IMG/VR virus record: IMGVR_UViG_3300032007_000033
Coordinates: 62,001-126,000 of that record
Reading direction: 5' to 3' (one strand)
Origin: an uncultured virus (IMG/VR IMGVR_UViG_3300032007_000033)
Lineage: Duplodnaviria > Heunggongvirae > Uroviricota > Caudoviricetes
Length of the DNA stretch: 64,000 bases
Position 1 is the stretch's first letter. The number at the start of each line of letters is the position of its first letter. The notes below the pieces were generated by a model that did no database searches, was not told where the DNA came from, and saw only the letters and a program-made list of their open reading frames with translations. Shown here in pieces: positions 50,790 to 58,932 of the stretch. Made by a program: the position numbers and the translations under genes.

Positions 50790-51263
50790 TTATTTTTCTT
50801 CCAATTCTTTTATTCTCTTGTCGCAAATTTCAATAATTTGTTCATAATCAGAAACACGGTCTTTTACATTCGGATAAAGAATTCTTGTCAGAATAACAAC
50901 ATCATCGGAAGTCAAATCATAATCTTCAAGCATTTCGCCCAAAGTAACGTCTTTTGGTTCAAGATTTTCAATAGGAAAAACATTCTCGTTATTCTGAAAT
51001 TGTCTAATACGCTCAAGAGCAATATGCTTCATTTTTTTATAATCTAGAATTCTTGGGTCAGTTTGTTTAGTTCTTAAAGTTCTTTTTACCAAATCACAAT
51101 CAAATCCATTGTTAATTCTAAACTTTATCCATATATCCCATATTTGATAACGATGTTTATTGTAGTCACTACTTCCTTCGACAATATTTCTAACTTCATT
51201 TACATCAATCATATTTATATCTCCATTAAAATTTAATATAAAAATTTTATAAATTAAAGTCAA
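50790..51263 (-). CDS. hypothetical protein
   Basis: ORF; SD before the internal Met. Confidence 0.5.
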   Translation of the reverse strand: MTLIYKIFILNFNGDINMIDVNEVRNIVEGSSDYNKHRYQIWDIWIKFRINNGFDCDLVKRTLRTKQTDPRILDYKKMKHIALERIRQFQNNENVFPIENLEPKDVTLGEMLEDYDLTSDDVVILTRILYPNVKDRVSDYEQIIEICDKRIKELEEK

Positions 51264-52810
51264 TACAAATTTTCAAAATAATTCATAAGTTTTTCTTCTA
51301 CATTTTCATCATAACGAATTCGTAAAAGATTCATTCCTTTATCTTTACAATAATTATTTTTAATTTGGTCATGTTTTTGAATATATTCAAAACTTTTTAA
51401 TGTTTCCTCTTTTGTTGATTTTTTAAAACTAGTAGGAATAAAATGTTGTATTCCATCATATTCAATACATAAATTATACATTGGTACATAAAAATCAAAC
51501 GGAAGAGAGTTTGAATCTTTACAATCTTTAAATTTCATCTGTTCTTCAAATTTAATACCATGTTCCGTTAAGAAATTTCTAACTTTAATTTCACCAATAT
51601 AATTTCTACATTTAGGACATCCACAATCTAATAAGTGGTCGTTTGGTCTTTGTGGAAAAGGTCCGTGTTTCGGACAAATTATAATAACTTCAGTTTGATA
51701 ATTCACATATTTCACTTGAGAATAATCATAAGTTCCAACTCCATGAAGTTTATTTGCTCTTTCTATAAATTCTTCCAAAGTCAATTTTCTATCATTTGCT
51801 AATTTTTCATATGCACAGTCTAAACAACCTTTACCACTTAAATGATTAGATGGTGCTTGTGGAAAATCACCATGAATTGGGCAAGTTATAATTACATCTG
51901 TACTATTATTTATATAATTTACTTTAGAATAATCATATTTATTTCCGTGAATTTTTCTTGAGCGTTCTATAAATTCTTCCAATGTTAATCTTCGTTTATC
52001 TGCTCGATTTTTAATTCCACAAAGTTTACAACCGTTACCTGATAAATGATGAGATGGAGTCTGTGGAAATTCATAAGGTGTTTCGTGATTATGACAAATT
52101 ATAATTACTTCAGTTTGATTATTTACATAATTGACTTTTGAGTAATCATATCTTCCGATTCCATGCACTTCATTCGCTTCTTCTATAAATTCTTCTACTG
52201 TCTTTCTTCTTTTATCCGCCCTTGTTTTCATTGCACACAAATCACACCCATGTCCTTGTAAATGAAGAAATGGTGCTTGAGGAAATTCATAAGGAACATC
52301 ATGGTTATGACAAATTATATTCACATCAGTATAACAATCAACATATTTAACTTTAGAATAATCATATTTTCCCACTCCATGTTTTTTATTCGCTTTTTCT
52401 ATAAATTTTTCAGTTGTTAATTTTCGTTTATTGCTTCGTCTTTCAATGGCACAAATTTTACAACCTTTACCTTGTAAGTGATTTGAGGGTGTTTGTGGAA
52501 ATGGTTTATGACCTTCAACTCGACAAATAATTTCTATATTTACGCTATCCTTTATATAAATCACATTAGAATAATCATATCTATCACCATGTTTTCTCAA
52601 CGCTTTCCGAATAAAAGTTTTTGTCTTTTCATCTTTATTAAAATATCTTTCGTTAATAATCCGTTCAATTTCTTCTTCAGATAATTTTGGATATTCAATA
52701 ATTTGATTATCTGATTTTACATTTTCGGCAGAAACGCATTCTTCACAATTACAATTTTCTTGATTAATTTTTGTCTTATCATAAGACAAAATACGAGTTA
52801 ATGAATTCAT
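51260..52810 (-). CDS. zinc-finger-repeat (x5) PD-(D/E)xK endonuclease, copy 3
   Basis: Same N-terminus; five repeats; FDFYVP..LCIEYDGIQHF..LLRIRY. Confidence 0.8.
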   Translation of the reverse strand: MNSLTRILSYDKTKINQENCNCEECVSAENVKSDNQIIEYPKLSEEEIERIINERYFNKDEKTKTFIRKALRKHGDRYDYSNVIYIKDSVNIEIICRVEGHKPFPQTPSNHLQGKGCKICAIERRSNKRKLTTEKFIEKANKKHGVGKYDYSKVKYVDCYTDVNIICHNHDVPYEFPQAPFLHLQGHGCDLCAMKTRADKRRKTVEEFIEEANEVHGIGRYDYSKVNYVNNQTEVIIICHNHETPYEFPQTPSHHLSGNGCKLCGIKNRADKRRLTLEEFIERSRKIHGNKYDYSKVNYINNSTDVIITCPIHGDFPQAPSNHLSGKGCLDCAYEKLANDRKLTLEEFIERANKLHGVGTYDYSQVKYVNYQTEVIIICPKHGPFPQRPNDHLLDCGCPKCRNYIGEIKVRNFLTEHGIKFEEQMKFKDCKDSNSLPFDFYVPMYNLCIEYDGIQHFIPTSFKKSTKEETLKSFEYIQKHDQIKNNYCKDKGMNLLRIRYDENVEEKLMNYFENLY

Positions 52811-52880
52811 AATAATTCTCCTATAATTTTAATTTTTTAGTCCATGCCAAGACTTTTACATAATAAATAGTTAAATTATT

Positions 52881-52944
52881 TTAAAAGAGTTAGAGGTTCA
52901 ACGGAGAAGTTGAACCTCAATAGGTGGCATCCTACTGTCCTCTT
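52881..52944 (-). ncRNA. putative two-loop antisense sRNA cognate to nuclease copy 3
   Basis: Loop AUGCCA matches leader loop UGGCAU; 10-bp hairpin GAGGUUCAAC/GUUGAACCUC with loop UUCUCC matches SD GGAGAA. Confidence 0.75.
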
Positions 52945-53214
52945 AATATAATAGTTTAATATTATATTTAATTTTTCAAATCAATTGTACATTCTATATA
53001 ATTAGGTTCATCTATTTCAATTCCCATTCCCTTAGCAAGCATTTTATTTTCTTCCCAATTTTCAGCGGTTACATCAATTCTGATGATTCTATTTTCTTTA
53101 TCTTCTTTTGTTGTCACATCCTCATATTTCATATTCTTTTTTTTTCCTTCTCAATCTCATTTTAGTCCATAATTCATTTCAACTCAAGCGTTTTCAACAA
53201 ATCGCAGAAAAATT

Positions 53215-54027
53215 CTACAAATCAAAAATGTCGGAAACGGAAAAATCTATTCTTTCTTTGGCCAAATTGTAGTATTTCTCAACTTTCTCTATTCCTATGA
53301 AATTTCTATTGTTCAATAACGCCATTTTTCCGACTGTTCCGCTTCCGCAAAAAGGGTCTAGCACAACATCGCCTTCGTTGCTCCAAGAAATGATATGGTC
53401 TTTGGCCAACGATTGCGGAAAACTAGCAGGATGCTTTCTTTGAAACTCATCCATGTCGTTGCCTTGGTCGTATTTCCAAATATTGAACCGCCTTCCGTAT
53501 TCCTTCGAAACATATTCCCTTCTGATTCTTCCGTTGTCTGCGGTAAACTTGTTCCGACCTGTTCCACTATCAGTCAATCCCGCTTTATGGACATTCTTTC
53601 TGTCATAAATCAAATTGTGCGTTTTCAAGTCGCCTTTCGTAAACACGAACATATACTCAAAATTTTGAAGATAGAAATTGTTGCTTCCACAAGCCCCAAT
53701 CCCTTGCTTTTCATAAATCATTGTATCGCCCAACTTGAATCCTATCTCCTTGAAACGCAACGCTTGCTTGAAAGATGTTCCGCTTTCGTCTCCGTCCTTG
53801 GCGGAATCTCCGACAACCCAAACAATCGCCCCCCCCCATTTCAAAACGCGCCACAGTTGGTTGACTACGCCCTCAAACACATCGAAATTCCAAACGCAAG
53901 TGTCATTGTATGTCCGTAAATCGTCATATGGAGGAGATGTGACCACCAAATCGACGGATTCGTCCTTGATGTTTTTCTTCATGACCTCCACATTGTCTCC
54001 GAAATACAAATCATAATCTTTAATCAT
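53215..54027 (-). CDS. DNA methyltransferase (N4-C/N6-A, beta class) with an in-frame G9 tract
   Basis: TSPPY, HPASFP, VLDPFCGSGT; C9 at 53829-53837. Confidence 0.9.
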   Translation of the reverse strand: MIKDYDLYFGDNVEVMKKNIKDESVDLVVTSPPYDDLRTYNDTCVWNFDVFEGVVNQLWRVLKWGGAIVWVVGDSAKDGDESGTSFKQALRFKEIGFKLGDTMIYEKQGIGACGSNNFYLQNFEYMFVFTKGDLKTHNLIYDRKNVHKAGLTDSGTGRNKFTADNGRIRREYVSKEYGRRFNIWKYDQGNDMDEFQRKHPASFPQSLAKDHIISWSNEGDVVLDPFCGSGTVGKMALLNNRNFIGIEKVEKYYNLAKERIDFSVSDIFDL

Positions 54028-54841
54028 TGAACAAACCTCCTTCAATCCCATAATTGTACCACAAGCATTCAACTCTGTCGCTATTGGAATTGGGGGAATT
54101 GTATTTATACAAATTCCAACCGTTTTTCACTAGATTGTCATAAATCGGATGTTCGTAACCGCTAATCAAAAACTTGCCTTTTCCGTTCAAAACCGCGTCC
54201 ACGAACTTCTCATGCTCACTGTCAGACATTTCACATTCGTATTCAGTTCCGCTACTCCTAGTGTCGTGGACATAAGGAGGGTCGAGATAAAAGAAAGCGT
54301 TTTCATTGTCATATTTCTCAATCAAGTCGAAAATATCGCGATTCTCTATTATCACGGAACTCAACCGATTGTGTATTTCAAACAATCCGTCAATGGAGGA
54401 AAGATAATCCGAAACCGATTTGCTCATGTTCCTTCTGACAATCAATGTCGTGGAGAATCCGCCGACTCCATTAAAAGACGAACGATTCACATAAAAATAT
54501 TTATAGGCTCTATCTAATAAAGACAACTTGTTTTCGTTTAATTCTTCAATGAATTCTTTTCTTATGTCGGCGGAGTAATATGTCAAATCCAACTTTTCCT
54601 TCATCCGTTCAAAAAGTTCTTTGTCGGAAAGAACCTTAAACAACGAATGAACATTCTTGCCCAAGTCGTTGTAGATTTCCAACTTGTCCTTTTCTTTGGC
54701 GAACAACACGGAAGCCCCTCCGCCAAAACCCTCGATGTAAACAGAATAGTCTTTTGGAAAATGCGAAACAATAATATCTGTCATATAGGATTTACCACCA
54801 TAGTATTTTATTGGACTATTCAACTTTAATTTCTCCCACAA
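54020..54841 (-). CDS. Dam/D12-class adenine methyltransferase
   Basis: YYGGKS, EGFGGGASV, YND, YLDPPY. Confidence 0.9.
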   Translation of the reverse strand: MWEKLKLNSPIKYYGGKSYMTDIIVSHFPKDYSVYIEGFGGGASVLFAKEKDKLEIYNDLGKNVHSLFKVLSDKELFERMKEKLDLTYYSADIRKEFIEELNENKLSLLDRAYKYFYVNRSSFNGVGGFSTTLIVRRNMSKSVSDYLSSIDGLFEIHNRLSSVIIENRDIFDLIEKYDNENAFFYLDPPYVHDTRSSGTEYECEMSDSEHEKFVDAVLNGKGKFLISGYEHPIYDNLVKNGWNLYKYNSPNSNSDRVECLWYNYGIEGGLFND

Positions 54842-55166
54842 TGTTTATATATTTTAATGAACCAATCGGATTTTCACCATCTTCCAAATAAGGCAAATGT
54901 TTTTCTATAGTATGTAAAATTGCATACATTAAATTTTCACAAATATATTCATAACGCAAACTTTCCATAAATCGATATATTTCATCTACACTTTCTTTAG
55001 GAAATCTTGGTTTTTTAATTAATCTTCCATCTATATACCAATTCGCATAAATACAATAATCTGCAGAATAAACTCTAACTTCTTTATTTTCATATTTAGC
55101 AGAATAAATATTTTTTTCTCGTTTTGTAGAAACGATATGTTCTTGAATCCAATGTTTGTAATACAT
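54816..55166 (-). CDS. hypothetical protein
   Basis: ORF in operon. Confidence 0.5.
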   Translation of the reverse strand: MYYKHWIQEHIVSTKREKNIYSAKYENKEVRVYSADYCIYANWYIDGRLIKKPRFPKESVDEIYRFMESLRYEYICENLMYAILHTIEKHLPYLEDGENPIGSLKYINIVGEIKVE

Positions 55167-55587
55167 TCATTATCTCCAATAATTGAAATACAAAGGCAAA
55201 AAAATCATAGCACCAAAAATTAAATTAGATATTACTTTTGAAATCAAGACACAAATTATAGCAGTTTTTCCTTCTACCTTAAAATTAATGTTCAAAATGA
55301 TACAAATAAATCCTATGACAACACAAGCAATTTCTAATTTATTCATTTTATACCTCTTTCATATATTTTATTTTCCATAAATATGAATACTCAAAATATT
55401 TCTTTCTTCATATTCATAAATTTCAAAATAAGTAACTTTAACATTACCAAAATCATAGACACACCATTTGCTAACTTCACCATCAACTATATCATATTCG
55501 TAATTCGTTCCTTCCTCAATATCAAAAATTTCAACTTCATCTATATCGGAAAAATCAGTCATATCTAAAAATTCTTTTACTGTTTTA

Positions 55588-56205
55588 TTACTCATATGTA
55601 ATTTCTCTTTCCTTACACCAATCTTCAAGGTTATTTTCTACCCACTGAATCAATTCACAAGCGTATACATAATTTGGAGAAATTGATTTCGCATTGTCAA
55701 TAATATTAGAAACTGTTTCGTGCAAATTTGAACTATCAAATTCTTCCTTCAAAAATTCATATATTTCATCAAATGCACGATATTCATTTGGCTCTATTCC
55801 AAATCGAAATTTATCATCAATTACCTCTTTAATTTCTTCATCAAGTTCATCATAATTTTCAACTCTATACAAATCACACACATATTCTTTTACCAACTCT
55901 TCGAGTTTTTCTTCATCCACTTCATTAGGATAAATAGGATAAGAACTTGCTTCACACTTTCCACTCCAATAACTAGTATTTATATAATCACCTTTAAAGA
56001 AAGTGAAGATGTGGCATATATCTCTACCGAAAACATAAGTTCCCATATCTCCACTGTAAAATAATTTGTTGTCCGCATAAATTAAACGAACAAAATATGT
56101 TTTATCATCACGATTTTCGTTTACATACAATCTAACAACAAGAATGTTTCCTTGTTTCTCAATATCAATTATTTTATATCTTTCAACAAGTTCTTCCTTA
56201 GTCAT
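55588..56205 (-). CDS. conserved phage hypothetical protein
   Basis: LFYSGDMGTYVF..YWSGK pattern. Confidence 0.55.
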   Translation of the reverse strand: MTKEELVERYKIIDIEKQGNILVVRLYVNENRDDKTYFVRLIYADNKLFYSGDMGTYVFGRDICHIFTFFKGDYINTSYWSGKCEASSYPIYPNEVDEEKLEELVKEYVCDLYRVENYDELDEEIKEVIDDKFRFGIEPNEYRAFDEIYEFLKEEFDSSNLHETVSNIIDNAKSISPNYVYACELIQWVENNLEDWCKEREITYE

Positions 56206-56582
56206 TTTTCTAACTCCTTCAAAAAATCTTCTGCTTGTTTATAAACTTTCTTTGAATTTATAGACCTATTTTCTTCAGGTATTCCTATAGTTGTATAATC
56301 CTTACAAAACCACATAAGTTCTTTTATGATTTTCTTTGTTTTATCTTTTAATTCTTTAATCTCGTTATTTTTGAAATTTTCAAGTTCATAATATTCCATT
56401 TTTTCATCTTCAAGAAATCCCTCTAGTTTACCGTTTTCTTTATTCAATTGTTCATTTTCATCATTCATAATTTCCCATACTTGTTGAATAAGATGTACTC
56501 TACTCGGTGGATTAGGCAAATCTTTCATTTTTTCTGTAAGTTCCTCTCTAGTCATTTTCATCAAACTCCTTTTCATACTCAT
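56202..56582 (-). CDS. coiled-coil hypothetical protein
   Basis: ORF; TTGACA-type promoter upstream. Confidence 0.5.
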   Translation of the reverse strand: MSMKRSLMKMTREELTEKMKDLPNPPSRVHLIQQVWEIMNDENEQLNKENGKLEGFLEDEKMEYYELENFKNNEIKELKDKTKKIIKELMWFCKDYTTIGIPEENRSINSKKVYKQAEDFLKELEK

Positions 56583-56646
56583 TTTTTAATAATATTTAAT
56601 TTCATAATTTCTCCTTACATCTCCATCTATGATTATATAATAAGTG

Positions 56647-56733
56647 ATTTATTTTGTCAATAAAAATTATCAATAATTTTATAAGTATTTGGAAAAATAT
56701 CGGAACAGATTAAAAGAATGGGAGAATAGCAAA
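56647..56733 (+). pseudogene. deleted duplicate of the 48057-48930 promoter/SprT cassette
   Basis: Matches 48057-48100, then 48870-48907 and 48922-48928. Confidence 0.65.
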
Positions 56734-56736
56734 AAA

Positions 56737-56762
56737 AAAGGCTCGGAAACAACCGAGCCTTT
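56737..56762. terminator. intrinsic terminator
   Basis: AAAGGCTCGG/CCGAGCCTTT. Confidence 0.75.
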
Positions 56763-56778
56763 CCAACTTAAATCGGAA

Positions 56779-57120
56779 CTACGCTTTTTTGGCGACAAAA
56801 ACTCCGAAGATGATTGAGATGAGAGCCACGACCGCGCCTGTGATTGCCTCGAATACATTGGACTGCAATCCGCCGAGAGCGCAAAGGGCGCCGCCTGCGA
56901 CAGCGAGAACGATAATTACGACGGTCTTCCAAGTGAAGGTTCCTTCTTCCTTAGCCTTCTTGATTGTGGCCACGATTACAGCCGCCAATCCGAAAGCGGC
57001 CAAAGCGATTTCAACAATCGTCGCACCAGCGAAGTTGGCGAAACATCCGATTCCCACGGCAACGGCAAACAACACCGCGCCCACGATTCCTAGAACTTTG
57101 TTCATAAGTTCCTCCTTCAA
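56779..57120 (-). CDS. small 4-TM membrane protein with internal duplication
   Basis: Four Gly/Ala-rich hydrophobic helices. Confidence 0.65.
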   Translation of the reverse strand: MKEELMNKVLGIVGAVLFAVAVGIGCFANFAGATIVEIALAAFGLAAVIVATIKKAKEEGTFTWKTVVIIVLAVAGGALCALGGLQSNVFEAITGAVVALISIIFGVFVAKKA

Positions 57121-57190
57121 TATTGAAAATTTAACTCAACATTAAAGATAGTTGTGAAAAATGTCAATACCGAAGTTGAATTTCGAACGG

Positions 57191-57478
57191 TTATTTGATT
57201 TTTCCATTCATATAATCGTCATACAGATTCACAAAAGTCAAATCTCTTTCCGTGAATTCTCCGTCAGAATCTAGATAATCAGGTGTATGCAAAGACTTAA
57301 TAATATAAAATTCTCCGCTAATAGGTTCAAGTTTGATGTACAAATCTCCAATATTCACATCGTTGGCGTGGGAGTCGTATGTTTCAAAATTTTCAATATA
57401 GAAAACCCAATATAAATGCCCTTGCTTAATCGCTTTAATACAATCATCTTCAGTTTCACACCACATGGGATAAATCAC
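57191..57478 (-). CDS. hypothetical protein
   Basis: ORF. Confidence 0.4.
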   Translation of the reverse strand: MIYPMWCETEDDCIKAIKQGHLYWVFYIENFETYDSHANDVNIGDLYIKLEPISGEFYIIKSLHTPDYLDSDGEFTERDLTFVNLYDDYMNGKIK

Positions 57479-57711
57479 ATCGATAAAATTCTTGAACCTT
57501 ATTTCAGAAATGATGTTGTGCTTAATTACCTTTTCGGAGAGTTCGCGACCTGTTTTGTTGAAAAATTCGTTTTTTGAATGTGTAGTTCTTTCCGCCTTCT
57601 TCCCATTCGCAATCTTGCAGTTTGGGATTTTGTCTTATGAAATCCTCAATCATGGATAAAACTTCGTCTTTCACGACAGTTCTAGCGACCTTATGTTCGT
57701 TCAATTCCATA

Positions 57712-58020
57712 TTAAAATCTCCTATCAAATATGCAATTTAAATTTTTATGATAAACATCATAATATTCAACTGAATCTCCGTCCTCTATTTTTCCAAAAT
57801 CATACTTCATGTCTGAGCATGGTTCGTGTTTAAGCCAATATTCTTTATCGTTTGATTTCGCATAAACTTTGTCATGCGACAACATGTCCCTAGCGGTTTC
57901 CAAATCGTCGATTTCTCCGATAAATTTCCATTTGACGCTCTTTGATTTATCATTGAATATTCCTTTCACCTCGTAAGGAAGTTGAGACTCTTTGCTTGAC
58001 AATACATAAATCCTGCACAT
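57712..58020 (-). CDS. hypothetical protein
   Basis: ORF with GGAGG SD and CAACTATTT motif. Confidence 0.5.
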   Translation of the reverse strand: MCRIYVLSSKESQLPYEVKGIFNDKSKSVKWKFIGEIDDLETARDMLSHDKVYAKSNDKEYWLKHEPCSDMKYDFGKIEDGDSVEYYDVYHKNLNCIFDRRF

Positions 58021-58441
58021 ATCGCCCTCCTAAAATAGTTGGCTCTTAACTTAAATAATAACACATTTCTCGCATTTTGTCAAGTAAAATTATCACACCT
58101 CTAAATACTTTTGGATGTCCAAAATCTCCATTGTGGGCTTTCCTTCGTATTTCATGTCCCAATGAAACCAAGCGGTCACCAAGCAACCGCACTTGAACTT
58201 CATTTCGTCCTCATCGAACTTGTCGTAGGCAATTTGTCTGTCAAAAATATAAACTGTCTTGAGATGATTCCACAATTCATTCCTATATCTATTGTACGCA
58301 CCGAAATAATTTGTACGACCAATTACAATTCATGATTTTCAATTTTTTTCATAATTATATATTGTATTTCTACTTAAATTTTTTTACAAAAATTCGACAA
58401 GAAAATGCCACCCTTTATGGTGGTTATATGAATTGCCGTAA

Positions 58442-58852
58442 TCATCCTTGATTTTCAATGCAATGTTTCAAAGTGGTCTCCGACACACAACCAATTGAAG
58501 TGCAAAAATAACCTCTTGTCCATAAATTATGTTTACCGCTCCAATAAAAGTTTATTAAATAATCGTTGTGATTTTTCCAAGCATAAAATGTAGAAATTTG
58601 TTTCAAATTATGAATTATATCAGAAATTTGACAAGTCGGAGTAGCATTAATCATTAAATGAATATGGTCGGCTTTAGTTAAATCAATTTCCATAGTTTCT
58701 ATTTTCCATTTATTTTGTTTGGATTCGGCAATTTTCATATATGATTTTATATCTTCCGAGATATCTTTCAGACATTTCTTTTTATATTTTGTTGAAAAAA
58801 TCATATGATACTTGATTTTATATTTTTCATGATTAAAATGTTCGTAATCCAT
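58442..58852 (-). CDS. tnpA: IS200 Y1 transposase TnpA, catalytic Tyr apparently replaced by Cys
   Basis: YHMIFSTKY, HUH DHIHL, LWTRGYF, C-terminal KHCIENQ where YIxxQ is expected. Confidence 0.88.
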   Translation of the reverse strand: MDYEHFNHEKYKIKYHMIFSTKYKKKCLKDISEDIKSYMKIAESKQNKWKIETMEIDLTKADHIHLMINATPTCQISDIIHNLKQISTFYAWKNHNDYLINFYWSGKHNLWTRGYFCTSIGCVSETTLKHCIENQG

Positions 58853-58932
58853 AAATACTCCTATGTAAAATTTAACTATTTTATATAGTTAAATTATTAA
58901 CTATTTTACATAGAGGATTAACTATTTATTGT

